Below, piece by piece: positions 37,749-53,748 of a stretch of 64,000 bases of DNA (its first letter is position 1; every line of letters starts with the position of its first letter). The translations under genes and the position numbers were made by a program. This stretch comes from the human T2T-CHM13v2.0 reference genome, Homo sapiens. The notes beneath the pieces were generated by a model, which saw nothing but the letters and a program-made list of their open reading frames with translations, ran no database searches and was not told where the DNA came from. The stretch lies in NCBI RefSeq assembly GCF_009914755.1, contig NC_060933.1. One strand, written 5' to 3'.

Positions 37749-39107
37749 ATCCCAGAGGCAGGCACCTATTCATCGGACCCAGCCCTCTGCTTCCTCCCAC
37801 TGGCCATGGATGGGACCCATCCTCGTCCACACTCGCATCAAAGCCCAGCGGCTACTTCCAGGGGGGATGTCCTTGGGCCCGGCCTCCTCCTCAGTCCTGG
37901 TGGTGACGACATGTTTCATCGTCCCCCTTGATTCAGCTGGGAGCTGTGAGGACCGACTGCATCTTACTGCATGACTGCGTCTCGTTGCGTGGCTGCCGGA
38001 GTAGCCCCTGCTCCTAGAACAGAGCCTGCGCATATTGTTGGAATGAATGAGAAAACAAGTACATAAACGAGCAAGCCAATGAATGAACGAAGTTCCTTCT
38101 TATCCATCTTGGGCTTTGCTTTCCGTTTCTGTCCAGCCCTCTCCTACCTCCTGGGCTGGGGGAGGGGGGTTTTCCTCCGTGGCTGGGGGATCCTGAGAAG
38201 TGGGGTGTGGGGAGGCTGGGCCCCAGCTGGCCAGGCCTCGTGAGGACCCCAGACCCTTCTCACCTGCTGGGGCTGGGGAGTTGAGGAGGGGTCCAAGCCG
38301 CCAGCCAGCCAGCAAGGCCCCTCCTCCCGGCCCTGCTCCTGCCTCTTTGTAGGAACCGAAAGATTCCTGTTCAGAGGCAGGAGCTGGGGCTATTTTTGGC
38401 ACTGTGGGGGAAACAGCGAATGCTTTCCTTCTGTTCAAAAATATATGGTGTGTGTGCTGGGCAGAGGAGGAGCTTGAGAGCTCAAAGCCTGCACTGGCCG
38501 GGTTCTTGCCCCTCGGCCAGTGGCCCCACCACCCCCTGCGCGCCCAGCAGCCCACACAGCCTTGCCGGGCCATTGTTGTCTTCAGGCTTCCCGTGATGAG
38601 GCCTTTGCTGCGCCTGAGCGCAACATGATCTCAATTAAAATGAAGAGCAGCTGTCAAAATCGCTGAGCGAAGCCTGCCTAGGTGCCCCGGCCATGATTCC
38701 CCAGCTCAGGTTCTGTGGAGCTGGGGACGGCCTTGAGAAGAGATCTAGGTGCATCTCAAGGAAGGAGGCACAGCCAGCAGGGAGCAGAGGGGAGGCCCTG
38801 GGTCCTGTGGGGGGCATGTGTGGCCAAACGGGTTCCTGGGCCACCTTGCCAGCCCTCACTCCTTGATTTAGAGAATGTTTATGGAACAGCTGCCTCGTGT
38901 TAGGCCCTGCGGATGCTGGGGCCACAGGGCAGGCTGGCTGGCTGGATTTCTGGCCCTGCTGGCATTCACAGTTTGGCGGGGAGGCAGATGTCAGGCCGGG
39001 ATAAGCGTCAAGACAGGGCTTTGCACAATGGACTGGGAATCTCCCTGGTCTGGGGTGCATCTGGGAGGGCTTCCTGGAGGAGGTAATATTGTAGTTGAGA
39101 CCCGGGG

Positions 39108-39207
39108 CTAGGGTTGCCAGACATACTGAAAAATGATTTGCTGTTTACCTGATATTTGAACTTAACAGGGTATCTGTATTTTTGTTTGCTGAATTTGATA
39201 GTACTGC
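39108..39207. mobile_element. MER53-like hAT fragment
   Basis: Terminal tagggttgccaga and gtttacctgatatttgaacttaacagggtatctgtattttt. Confidence 0.65.
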
Positions 39208-41147
39208 TTGAGGGAGATGAGAAGTTTGCGGGGAGGGTTTGTGTGGGGGACGATGAGAGTGCTTCAGGCAGCAGGAACAGCATGTTCCAGGTCAGTCCTC
39301 ACCTTCCAGGGCTCCCGAACCCCCAGCCCCAGGAAGGGGTGGGAGACACAGAGCTGGTCTCCATCACAGCTCAGGCAGAAGCCAAATTGGTCACAGAAGC
39401 CACACGGTCACATCTAATGTCATGGCCAGTAGAGCAGGGAGCCCTCTGGATGGAAGCCCTGAGAGGGTCCCAAGGAGGTGTCAAGGTTTGGCAACTCTGG
39501 GGACATGAAATTGCACGGTGACTGCAGCATAGAGGGCCTGTGGCCGTGAGGGTGCTGATGGCGGGAGGGCCCTGATGGCAGGAGGGCCCGTGCTGTGCTC
39601 AGCCTGGCTCCAAGCACGAGGGGCACTGACGAGCGATTGAGCAGCTCAGAGGTGAGCTTATGTGGCCAGAAGCAGATCCGCGGAAGTCCCTTGGCCTCTC
39701 CAAGCTTCGGTTTCCTGGTTGTGGAGTGGGGTTGCTGATGGCCCCTGCTTTAGGAGGTACCTGGAGAGGCGGGGCGGGGGCGCGGGCAGTGAGTTGGTCC
39801 CTCAGAGCTGTTGGCTGACCCAGCAGGGCAAGGGCTCCGCTAGGAGGAGTGTCTCGGAAAGCAGGGGAGCAATGTGAGGCCACAGGGCACACCTGGGAGA
39901 CGGGGGGCCCTGCCCAGGGAGGCACCGGCAGGTATCCCAGTCAAGGTCAGGGTCCGGCCTACAGCGAGCTCTGGCCAGGCTGATGTGTCCGCGTCTGTGC
40001 CTCTCTGTGCCCCGTCGCTGCCATCCCTGGGTCCTCCTGCTCTCTGAGCACCGTGACAAGGACCCTGATGAGTCACTCTGTGCCTCCTCCAGGAGGGCAG
40101 GTCAGGGCCGAGCCTCCACCCTCCGCTCTTAAAGGGCCAGAGCCGGAGTCAGGGCTGCTGCCTGCTGCTGGCCAGGGCTGCCTCTGCCTGGGCTCCAGCA
40201 GCAGCCCTCGCCACCCCTCCCAGCCAGTTGCCCTGGAACACATGTCCTAAAACCTCCTGTGGTCCCTGCAGGAGCTGTTCTGCCCTGGTGCAGCTCAGGG
40301 GCCAGACCTCAGTGTTTCGGAAGCAGATCCACTGCATTCTGGGAGGGGAGGTGCTGGCAGTGGCCGATGCTGGTTCCACCCCTGGTGCCACCGTCGCCCA
40401 GTCTCTGCGTCCCTGCCAATGCCATCTCCATCTATCCCTGTGTGGAGGGCCTCGCACCTTCCCTGGGGTCTCTCTTCACCTCTCGCCTCTGTTGCATCTT
40501 GGGAGCCTCACAGTGCTTCCATCCAGAGGGCTCCCTGCTCTACCGGCTATGACATTAGGTGTGACCGTGTGGCTTCTGTGAACAATTTGGCTTCTGCCTG
40601 AGCTGTGATGGAGGCCACACAGCTTTGTGTCTCCCACCCCTTCCTGGGGCTGGGGTGGGGGTCCCTGGAGGGCTAGGACTGAAGCAGGAATGTGGGGACT
40701 AGGGTGGGGGAGGCAGATGCCACATGATCCAAAGTGGGGAGATGGGGGGTGGTGGCCTGCTCGGCCTCTTGCAGTTCCTGCCCCTGTGGGGTGCCCCCGT
40801 TATTGGCCCTGGCCATCTGGTCTTGTCTTTGGGTGCTGTGACACCTATATTAATAGTAGTGGCAATTGTTAACATTTTGGGATACTTGCTGTGTTCTCTC
40901 CACCTGGACCACACCACGCTGCCTCTGGATAAGGTTTTGTTCTAGTGTGATGTGGCTTCTTGTGGTTCCTGAACTCGCCAGGCTCTGGATGGCCTCTGAG
41001 GCTTGGACCTGCAGCCTCTCCTGGAAAGCTCTGCTTCTTCTTCTTTGCCTGGCTGAGGCCTGCACATCAGCCCTTTCCTCAGGGAGCACGCCTGACCCCC
41101 TAGGCTAGGTTGGGTTCCTGCTTCACATTTCATTAATCCTGAACTTT

Positions 41148-42613
<1,466 letters not shown>

Positions 42614-42641
<28 letters not shown>

Positions 42642-42762
42642 TCCCAAGGTCTCGAAGGCCCCAAAGAGGCAGAAGATGTGGCTCACTTCCTTTTGGAAGA
42701 TTCTGAGCTGAGTCTGGCAGGAAAGATGGCTTGAGCCAGGGGGTAGTTCTTGTATGTTTATG

Positions 42763-42808
<46 letters not shown>
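42614..42808. repeat. (TA)n (42614-42641) and (GA)n (42766-42808) microsatellites
   Basis: Direct reading. Confidence 0.95.
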
Positions 42809-42811
<3 letters not shown>

Positions 42812-45800
42812 ATGTGGTCATTGGAACAAGTTCCTTTACTAGCCAGAAATAACTTTGGGTTTTAGAAAATAAAAGTAGCCCTGTCTACTTTCCAACTTAC
42901 CCACCTAAAACAAGAACATGCATTCTGTGAGAACACACATACATTGAGCACCTACTATGTGCCAGATGCTACCATTTGGCTGCAACTTAGGCAGACATAG
43001 ATCCTGCCCCATGGAGCACCCAGCCATTGGGGAAGGTCCAAATCGGACAAAAGCAGGCACTCACAGAGACAGAACAAAACCATTTCTCATACAGCTTCTC
43101 TGAGGCCACTGTGTACATTTTCAACTGGTTTCTTTCCATCTATTTTCTACGTATGTAACTATGGTAGGTTTTATCGCCCTTAGTTTTCTGGTGAGAAAAC
43201 CAAGGGAGGTTAACCGACTTGTCCAATGTCACACAACTGGAACATGGTAGAGCCGGGATTTGAACCTATGTCAGTGCGACTTGATCTGGGTCACTCAGCC
43301 AGTCAAAGCAAGTTAACAGATCAGCAGATACTGAGGACCTTTGCCTGCCAGCACCAACGGCACTTTGTTGGGGCGTCAGAGATGCCAAAGATTCAGTAAC
43401 TCTTTGACAGCGTGCGGGAGGTGGGCAGGATCATCCTTGGGGATGATATCTCCCAGCTAAAGCCTTCCTGAGCCTGGACTCTGGAGTCGATAAACCTGGC
43501 CTCCATCTCCACTCCTCCACCCCTGACTGCGTGATCTTGGTTGAGTGCTTTGCCTCTCTGTGAAACCGCAGTTTCTTGGAAGTGGGCTGGCAGGGACCCC
43601 CGCCTGTCAGCACAGGGCCTTGGGGAGGATCCCAAGGGGCTGAGAGGGAAACGGGGCTTTGATTTTGAATCTGAGCAGCTCTAAGCAGCCTCTCTCCTGG
43701 CTCCACTTCCTGCGGGAGCGGCAACAGCTTCCCATCTTGGTGTCTGCCCCAAGGCCTGGCCCTCTGACTTTTATTCAGACACCACGACTCCTCATCGGCA
43801 CAGCATCTCCAGGGCGCCCACCATGTGCTGGGCTCAGTGCTTGTGATGTGTATCCTCTCGTTGGCCCCTGACAGCGGGGCAGGGAGCACGCTGACCCAGG
43901 CCACGTGGCGACTGGATAGTTGGTAGACCCATCTGTGCAAAGGCCCTGGGTGATCCCTGCTGGACTGTGTGTCCCAAGCCGAGAGCCTGGCTTTAGAGGG
44001 CCTCGGGCAGGAGAGCCAGGCCTGGGTGCAGAGCGGTGAAGAGCAGCTCCCGGGAGCTGGGGCTGAAGGTTACCTGGCCTGGCCCGAGTCTGCCCTCCGG
44101 GGCCAGGGACTCCATCTACTCGCCATTCCTGAAGACAGGCTGGGAGATCCCCCAACAGGTGAAATACCCCCCGATTCGAGTGCTCAGCCTTCCTCCCACC
44201 AGCCCGGAGGCTCTGGCATCTTTTACATGGAGGCGAGGCAGCCGTGGGGATGTAAGGAAGGGAAGTGGGGGCCGGTAGGGGGTGGTCAGAGCCTGGTCAG
44301 CTGGATGGCCGTGGGCATGGGGCTCCCCTGATGAGCCCAGGTGCCTCATCCTGAGACAGATACAGCAACAGCCCATGGCCCCCTGGGCTGTGTGAGACGC
44401 TAATGAAATGAGGGTTCAGGCTGGTGCCGGGCAGACCGCAGTCAGCACCCGATGGCGACAGTGGCCGTCACAGCTGCTCACTGCTGCACATGGCGGTCTG
44501 ATGGCCCTGGTGGGCAGCCTGCTTGGAAGGGGCAGCGAGCAGAGCAGACGGGGCCCGCCCACCTTTCCTGCCAGCCGCTGTGTGCCCCAGCCCAGTGCTG
44601 GACCAGTCCTGGCTGGCACTCAGCGAACTGGGGTGGAGACAGTGACTGCCAAGGAGGCTGGGACACCACTCCCACAGTGGGGACACGTGATGGGGGGCTG
44701 GAGGGCAGAAGGGCTGGGGAACGCGCGGCGAGTGGGTCAGGGCGAGGGGCTCCTGCAGCGGCTTTGCTCAGCCAGGAGTGCCCGGGAGCTCTGGGCAGCA
44801 GGCCAGGCCTCCTTTCTGGGGCAGCTCAGGCCTGGTGCTGGGGCCCAGCTGCCCTTTAGCCAGGCAGTGGTGGCAGACAGGTATGGGATTGGGAGTGGGG
44901 GGTGGTCTCTCTTCTCACCCTGGCAGGGGCATCGAGTAATAAGTACAACAGCAGTGATGATCATGCTGACTGCCTCGTGCCAGGCAGCTCCTGCGTCTGC
45001 TGTCACGTTACTCTGAGCTTGGAGGCAGTGCCGCCGAGCACTCCATTTTAGAGAAGAGGCTGCCGCCCTTGTCCAAGGTCGAGGGTTAATGAGTCTGGGG
45101 CCCGGCCACGTTGTCTGGCCCAGAGCCTGTGCCCACCTTCCTGTCCTCACTCCAGCCCTCTCGGGGGCTGCTCTTCCTGGACACGGGGCCTGTCGTTGTG
45201 GGAAATGAGGCGCTCCAGACCCTCATTTACTTGTTGCCTGAAGGTCACTTTGTGGAGCGTGGGAGCTGGGGGGCCTGGAGGTCTCAGGAGTTGACCTCTT
45301 TCGTGGGACAGAGAGGGGAGGGTGCGTGGCCACGTTCACACATTGGGTCAGGAGCAAAGGTGGGCAGCCAGGACTCCCTGCCCACCCAGGAACACCAGCA
45401 TATATCCCCGGGGCCTTCTGAAATCACCTGATGCTGCCGTGTGACTCCAGGGAGGTTCTCCCCCAGGAGCCGGTGCTGCAGTGAGTGGGGGGAGTGATCT
45501 GAGGCCTTGTGTGCTTGGGGCACCTGGAGGATTGGAGCAGCAGGTGGCTGCTTCCCAGCCCTCGAGTGTAGCAGGACCCCAGTGGGAACCCCACAGGTGT
45601 TTCACTCTCTTTTCTGTCCTCCCCACCTCCCAGTGTGCGGTACTCCATGGTTGGCACAGCTAGTAATGTCCTCTCTCACAGATGGGGAAACCGAAACCCA
45701 AACTGGGGAAAAAACCGGTCACACAGCAACGGAGTGGCAGATCCCTGGAGTCCAGGTCCCACAAGAGACCACCACCGTCTTCGCTTTGAGGAACTGCCCC

Positions 45801-47085
45801 TCCCCAGGGGTGGGCCCGGTGTGGGGGCAGGAGGGTGTGTGCGGCCAGCGGTGCACTCCCTCCGCTCTGACTTAGCTGTGCTGTTGCTGCCCAGGGAGGG
45901 CTTGGGGCAGAGCACTCTATTCTCAGGAGATGGTACCGAGGGGGCTCTGAGGTACTGCAGGGAGAACACAGCTGCGGGGTGCTGTGAGGAGGGGCAGGGG
46001 TGAGGCTGGAGAGGCTGGAGACGCACTGAGGCTCTGGAGGAGGGTTCTAGGAGGGGAGGAATGTGACCACATTAGGGATGCTGGCAGCTGCAGGTGGGGA
46101 CTGGATGGGAAAGTGGGATGGGGTGGGGGCTGAGAAGAGGCCGGCACAGCAGCTGGGATGGTGTGGGGGCGACGTCCAGCCAGCCCTGGACAGTGGGGGC
46201 ATTCTCGTATTTTTGAGGCAGCCAGGTTGGATGGGACTTGTCTGCAGTTGGTGCAGGACTGCCTGTAGGGAGATCTCTGGATGGGGACCTGGGAAGAGGC
46301 CCGGGCGATCCCTTTGGGCCACGTGGAGCCTGAGGGGCCTCTGGGCCATCGGTGAGGAGCTTGGACGGGGGTGGGGGAGCTGAACTGCAGGAGGGGCCAG
46401 CTGGGAGGAGACTGGGAGTGAGGGGTGCAGGGAGCAGAGCCGCCCCCGGAAAGCGTGTGAGCTGGGCGCTTGGAGGAGCCCTGGTGCTGGGAGATTGAGC
46501 ACAGGAGAGGCGTGGGCCTGGGAGGAGCTTCTGAGGCCAGCTGCGCTTCTGGAAGGAGGACAGTCAGTGATCAAAGGTGTCAGGACCGAGGGGACTGTCT
46601 GATTTAGTAAGATGGGTCACTCGTGGCCAGGCCCAAAGGCCCCGCCTTCTATTCTTGTGCTGCTCAAACCCAAAGGCCCTCTTGCTGGTGCAGTTTTCCT
46701 TCAGCTGTGGTGGAGGGCTGGGGCCAGGTACAGAGACACTCCGGCAGCCCTCAACCCTGGAGATGGATCCAGGGCCAGGTCCGCCCCAGGAGGGATGGCG
46801 GAAGAGGCTGGATTGGCTGGCCGTCTGCCGTCCATGCCTCTAGCTGAAGCCAGCGCCGGGAGGGGGCTGCCAGCCCCTGCCTTTTGCTCCCACCATGTTT
46901 GAGCTGAGCTTCAATCAGGAGAGAGGTGTTTTGCTTTAGGGAAATCAAAATCAGACTTAACATCCTCCTGGGCTCCTGGGACTGGCTCTCGTGTTCATTC
47001 CTGGCAGACAAGGGCTGTGTGGAAGGGAGGAGGAGCTGGAGTAGAGGAGCTGGGGACCTCAGGAGCGCTGCCGGGGTGGAAAGGA

Positions 47086-47146
47086 GGCTGTGGGCACCGC
47101 GGGTGCTTCCTGGCTGTGGGCACCGCGGGTGCTTCCTGGCTGTGGG
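47086..47146 (+). repeat. Perfect 26-bp tandem repeat, 2.3 copies
   Basis: ggctgtgggcaccgcgggtgcttcct at 47086-47111 and 47112-47137, then ggctgtggg. Confidence 0.95.
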
Positions 47147-48199
47147 GTACGAGCCTGGAGTCTGTGGGCGTGGGGGTGCGGCGAAGGCTAGGACCCACTC
47201 TCTGCTCTGAGACTGCAGCTGCCCTCCCCTTCTGCAGCTCTGGCTCTCTGGGGGTCAGTGAAGGGGAGTAGAGTGGATGCCCAGCCCCCGCTCTCCCAGG
47301 GCCCTGTGTCGGCTCTGATTTCTCCATCCACTCCTCAACAACCTTGACAATGGCTCTGCCTGGTAGGAGTTTATACCCCATCCTACAGGTGAGGACTTGG
47401 AGGTTCAGAGGGGTTAAGAAACTTGTTTGGAATCACCCAGGCTTCAAGTGGCCCTGACAGGATGGCACCCCAGAACTTTCCCCTGTCTGGCCCCATGGAG
47501 AGCATGGCCCATTGCCAGTTTTAAATCCTGGTTTTGGTACGAGCCTGGGCCTGCAGGCCTGGAGGCAGAGTGTGATGGAGAGAGTTCGTTTTAAAAATTG
47601 GCCAAAGCCAGATGAAATTGTGAAGGTCAATGCATGAGAAACACGTTTGAGGATGTGTTCTAAACCCAGCCCAGTGGCTGGATGACAAAGGAGGAATCAG
47701 CAAGTGTTTTTCTCTGTCCCCTGTGTGCAGGGTGCTGAGCCAGGCTCTGAGGGTGATGCTAGGATGGGCCAGGAGAAGTGTCCTGGCCTCTGCAGGCTTA
47801 GTGTCCAGCTAGGAAAATGAGGGGAAGAAGTGCTTCTGTCTCGCACTTGCTGGGTGCTGGACACTGGGCCGAGCACCAGTCCCTCCTCTTCCTGCTAGAT
47901 GCCTGAGTCCCATTTTACAGATGAGCAAACCAAGGCTCAGAGATGCGGGGTCACTCATCCAAGACCACAGATCAGAGGGAGCCCTGGCCTGAAGTGCTTG
48001 CTGGGCTGGCCGAGGCCCTCTCTGGACCGCTGTACTTCACCACTGCTCCCCCAAGCCCAGCCTGTGCCCCCTTGGTCAGACCCCCGTTGGCCCTCTGTCG
48101 TGGAACCCATGGGAAGACAGACCTCATGTGAAGGGGGCTTCCCAAGGGGCCAAGGCAGGGTCGGGAGGGCCTCCTAGAAGAGGGCCATCCCAGCTGGGC

Positions 48200-48493
48200 T
48201 TTGTTTTTTTTTTTTTTGAGACAGTCTCTGTCACCCAGGCTGGAGTACAGTGGTGATCTCAGCTCACTACAACCTCTGCCTCCTGGGTTCCAGCAATTCT
48301 CATGCTTCAGCCTCCGTGGTAGCTGGGATTATAGGCACGCGCCACCACACCCGGCTAATTTTTGTATTTTTAGTAGAGACAGGGTTTCACCATGTTGGCC
48401 AGGCTGGTCTCGAACTCCTGGCCTCGAGTAATCCGCCCACCTTGCCCTCCCAAAGTGTTGGGATTACGGGCATGAGCCACCGCGCTCGGGCGC
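48200..48493 (-). mobile_element. Alu
   Basis: Antisense Alu consensus. Confidence 0.93.
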
Positions 48494-49021
48494 AGCTAGG
48501 CTTTGAAAGATGGATGGGGTTTCCCTGGGTGGAACGGGTGAGGTGAGGAAGTGTTCCTGGCAGAGCACAAAGGCCTGGAGGCTGGAACGGTCAGAGGAAC
48601 TCCAGTGGGGTCAGGATGCGGGCCAGTGACCCAGGGAACAAGCTGTGCAAGGACTGCCTGCGTTCCTACCCTGCCCTGAACCCTGAGCCCTGAACCCAGA
48701 GCCCAGAGCCCAGACCCACCGAGGGAGGCAGAGGCGGAGGCCCTGTTAATTTCACATGCAGTTGGAGGCTCTGGGAGGAGGGGGAAAATGGGCTGGGCTG
48801 GGAACCAGAGCCTGGGAAGGTCACTCTGGCATCTGGGTGGAGGCTGAGGCAAAGGGAAGCTGAACCCCCAAATTGTCCCCCATCTCCCTCCCTCCCAGTG
48901 CCTGTCTTGGCGGGAACTGCTGGGGGCACAGGACCTTGGGCAGGACCCCCCAGCCCTCCTGGCATTGTGCAGTGGGGAGGGGAGGCAGGCACAGTGGTTA
49001 TGGGGTGAAGAGGACAAACAT

Positions 49022-49960
49022 TTCCCTCAACTTTTTATTTTGAAAAATCAAGAGGAACATTGATGTGGTGGTGCAGGGATGCCTCTGTGTCCTCGAGTCC
49101 CCGGCTCTGCTGCATCTGTCCCCTCTCTTTCTACATACGTGAGTGTGTATATTTCTAAACCATGTCACAAGAGGCTGCAGGCGTCTTGACCCTCACCCCT
49201 GAATAGCTCAGAGCATATCTCCAAAGCTGGGCGCGGCGTCTCACGCCTGTAACCCCAGCACTTTGGGAGGCCGAGGCGGATGGAACACTTGAGGTCAGGA
49301 GTTCGGGACCAGCCTGGCCAGCATGGTGAAACCCCGTCTCTACCAAAAATACGAAAATTAGCCAGGCGTGGTAGCAGGTGCCTGTAATCTTGGCTACTTG
49401 GGAGGCTGAGGCAGGAGAATTGCTTGAACCCTGGAGGCGGAGGTTGCAGTGAGCCCAGATCAACCATTGCACTCTAGCCCCAGCCTGGGTGACAGAGGGA
49501 GACTCCTCAAAAAAAAAGAAAAAGAAAAAGGGCATTAGCCTCAGTGCTGTTACCACCCCCACCTCATCCCCATGGCAGCACCTAATTACCAGTCCACAGT
49601 GCAGTGGCTTCCCAGCTGGCCCAGCGACAGCCATGATAACAGTTTTTTCCTGCTGATCTGGACCCGATCCAGGCATCTTGAGTTACATTTGGTTGCCTCG
49701 TCTGTTTAGACTCTTTTTTTCTGGAACAATCCTCCAACTTGCTTTGCCTTTCCTGGCCCTGACTTGAAGTGTCCTGGTCAGTGGTCTTGTAGAATGTCCC
49801 ACAGCCTGGATTTGTCTGATTATGTCCTTGTGGTTAGACTCAGGTTAATTATTTTTGGCGGGAGACCTTCACGGATAACGTGCCCTTCCACTGCATCAAA
49901 TTAAGGGGTACATGATATTGGGCTATTTCACGATCGAAGGCAGGGCAGGTTTGATCAAGG
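49022..49960 (-). mobile_element. L1MC-like fragment with a sense Alu inserted (49227-49530)
   Basis: caactttttattttgaaaaat, cacccctgaatagctcagagcatatctccaaag and ttgtagaatgtcccacagcctggatttgtctga. Confidence 0.7.
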
Positions 49961-50448
49961 ACGGTGGCTTTTTTTTGAATTTGTTATATTTTTTATTGTG
50001 TATTAGAAAAGATATGACCAGCACAGTCACTGGTAACTTTATGGATATTATTGCTTAGGCTGAAGCTAGATTAAGCAGGTAAGTAAAAGCAAATTGAGAT
50101 GATTTCAAGAAAAATCCTGAGTGAATCACTGGACACTGGACAGAGAAAGATCTCGAAGGTGATCTTGGAAGAGTTGAGCTTCTGGGAACCCAGACACAAT
50201 GGTTGAGAACACAGGCCTTGGTGATGGGCAAACCCAGGCTGAGGATGGGCACGTTCCTCTGGTCGCCTCTCCACCCCGGCTCAGCTTCCTCTCCAGGTTG
50301 GGGTGGTAGCTGCTCAGCAGGGGGCTGGGGTTTGGACAAAGGACAGCCTGACCCGTGCCAGAGCTCCCTGGCTGGCGGGAGGGCTGGGGGCAGGTGGCCA
50401 GGACCCCAGAGATGTGGGTCCTGCCTGCTGTCCTTCAAGACCCTCTGT

Positions 50449-50751
50449 GGCTGGGCGTGGTGGCTCACGCCTGTAATCTCAGCACTTTGGGAGGCCAAGG
50501 CAGACGTCTCACTTGAGATGAGGAGCTTGAGACCAGCCTGGCCAACATGTGAAACCCTGTCTCTACCTAAAAATACAAAAATTAGCTGGCCGTGGTGGTG
50601 TATGCCTGTAGTTCCAGCTACTTGGGAGGCTGAGGCACACGAGGATCACTTGAACCCGGGAGGTGGAGGTTGCAGTGAGCCAAGATAGTGCCACTGCACT
50701 CCAGCCTGGGTGACAGAGCAAGACTTTGTCTCCAGAAAAAAAAAAAAAAAA
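50449..50751 (+). mobile_element. Alu
   Basis: Alu consensus and poly-A tail. Confidence 0.93.
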
Positions 50752-51757
50752 GGCCCTCCAAGGCCCCAGGCAGTGAAGCAGTTAGAATTGCTGGGCCCTG
50801 GCTGGGTGCCAGGGGATACCTGCCAGCCTCAACTGTTTCCTAAAGGTCAATTTGCTGCTTAAAGCATGGGCAGGACTTATCTCCCCCACCCTAGCTCCGG
50901 TTCCCTGGGGCTCGGCTGCCTGCTGATCACCCAGGGTTCTGTGGGGGGACCTTTCCAATGGGGGGAGCCCTAGTCATATGCCCTTCTCCCACCTCCCTGC
51001 TGCATCCTTGGAGTGTAGTTGGGGGTGAGGAAGGACGCAGAGACTGAGGCAGAGCCCTGGGGGAAGGCTGCTGGGAGACATGGGTGGGGGGTGTCAAGGG
51101 AGAGTGGGACTTCGGAGCTGGGGGTCCAGGGAAGCCCCGCTCTGGCACTGTGAGGCCCGCCTGAGACAGTGGCCATGCCACCCAGCTCCTGCTGTTTGTG
51201 TCGAATGCTGCCACCCCTTGCCAAGGTCATACAAGGTCATGCAGACTCAAGGAGTTGTATCCAATTGGGCCTCCATCCTGATCTCTAGGGGCACCGTCCC
51301 AGCTCTGCTGTTTCCTGGCAAAGGGACCTCAGGTGATCTCAGACAAATAAGCAGACCCATTGGAACTTCAATTCCTCATTGGGAAAACGGGGTCACACCT
51401 CCCTGTGGGGTTTTTGTGAAGCTGAGGAGCGGCAAGCACTTCAGTTTTCCCAACAATCCCATTTCACAGATGAGAAAACTGAGGCTCAGTCAGGGGAAGC
51501 AATTTGCCCAAGGACACACAGTGCCCTGTGGGGCCGGATTTGAACCCAGGCGGTCTGGTCTGGCTTTAGCACCTGTGGCCCTGAGCTCCTGGCGGTACTG
51601 TGATGGGTCGCCTGTGTCTCCAGGTTTGGGCTTTCAGCATCCGCCCCACAGCCCCAGCTGCCATCACAGCTGCCATCACAGGCAGCCAGCCTGGATCAGA
51701 CCAAGGACACCTTCCCTCTCCACCCCCATGCCGAATCCTGAACCCGTTCCTGCCCCA

Positions 51758-52812
<1,055 letters not shown>

Positions 52813-53367
52813 AGGGATCCAGTAGCTTCCATGCCTTTATGAGTGAGTCCCCACAACAGGTCTGTGTGGCAGGTGCTGATAATATGATGCCCACTTTATG
52901 GATGAGGCGCCCAAGGCAGGGAGTGCAGGAGGAGCCGTCCCGCGCTCACACAGGCAGGGAGCAAGGGTGGCCTTGGTGGTGGTTTGGTGTTCTTGTTCGG
53001 TGACTTTAGAGAGAACATTGATTTGGTTCCAACTTGAAACGATTCTGTACTTTTCAGAAAAAGCATTTTTGTTTGTTTCATGGCTCAGTAAAGAATGGGT
53101 ATGTGGGCTTGGCTCCAGGCTCAGCCGGTCTCTGTAGCCTCTTTCAGCTTTTGCTTCACGGCTCTGTTCATGTCTTGCCAGTGAAAGAGCCCGGGCTGAC
53201 CACGGAGAGGGGCTGCAGGGACAGGCTGACAGGGAGGGTGGTCCACCCTTCTGCTGAGAGCTGCCCCTTTTCAGCCTAGCTCCCCCCTCCCCCCCACATA
53301 GGCGGGGCAGCCGAGTGCCTGGGGAAGCCAGGGCCTTCCCTGACATCCCGTCCCCAGGGATTGAGAG

Positions 53368-53377
53368 ATGGCAACGA
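53368..53377 (+). CDS. NCS1: NCS1 alternative first exon, coding part (MAT + A of Ile; MATI-TEKEVQQW isoform)
   Basis: ATG GCA ACG A followed by consensus donor gtaagt (53378-53383). It is phase 1 and joins exon 2 in frame across a 346-nt intron. This matches my recollection of the shorter NCS1 isoform starting MATI. Confidence 0.88.
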
Positions 53378-53723
53378 GTAAGTCTTAGATGTTGGCCTGG
53401 GAGCAAGGGCTGTGGGAGAAGCAAACCCTTGAGTGCCACAGGGCGTTCCTGGGGGCTCTCCCAGCAGCGGCAGTGGCAGTGGCAGGTAGCACTTGGGCAC
53501 CGGGAAGGGGTGGGGCCAGTGTCCCCTGCTGGGGTGGTGGGTACAGAGCCCCTGGCTAGGACTGCTCACCAAGGGAGCATTTTCTCATCCAGAGCAGGCC
53601 GGTGCCCGGGGACATAGCCGTGGGGAGGGGAGGGCTGGAGGGGAGGCCCCCCAGCGAATGTCTGCCCATCTCCCGGGACACCTTCCCTGAGCTAAAAGCC
53701 TACTTTTCTGCTTTCTCTTGCAG

Positions 53724-53748
53724 TTACCGAGAAGGAGGTCCAGCAGTG
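53724..53748 (+). CDS. NCS1: NCS1 exon 2 (25 nt): (F)TEKEVQQ(W)
   Basis: Acceptor ttttctgctttctcttgcag| and donor |gtgagt. T+TT ACC GAG AAG GAG GTC CAG CAG TG continues the NCS-1 sequence FTEKEVQQW in frame with exon 1. Confidence 0.97.

Noticed and set aside
48668-48716. Degenerate 7-mer run (ccctgaa/ccctgag/cccagag)
   Set aside because: Short low-complexity slippage with no further structure.
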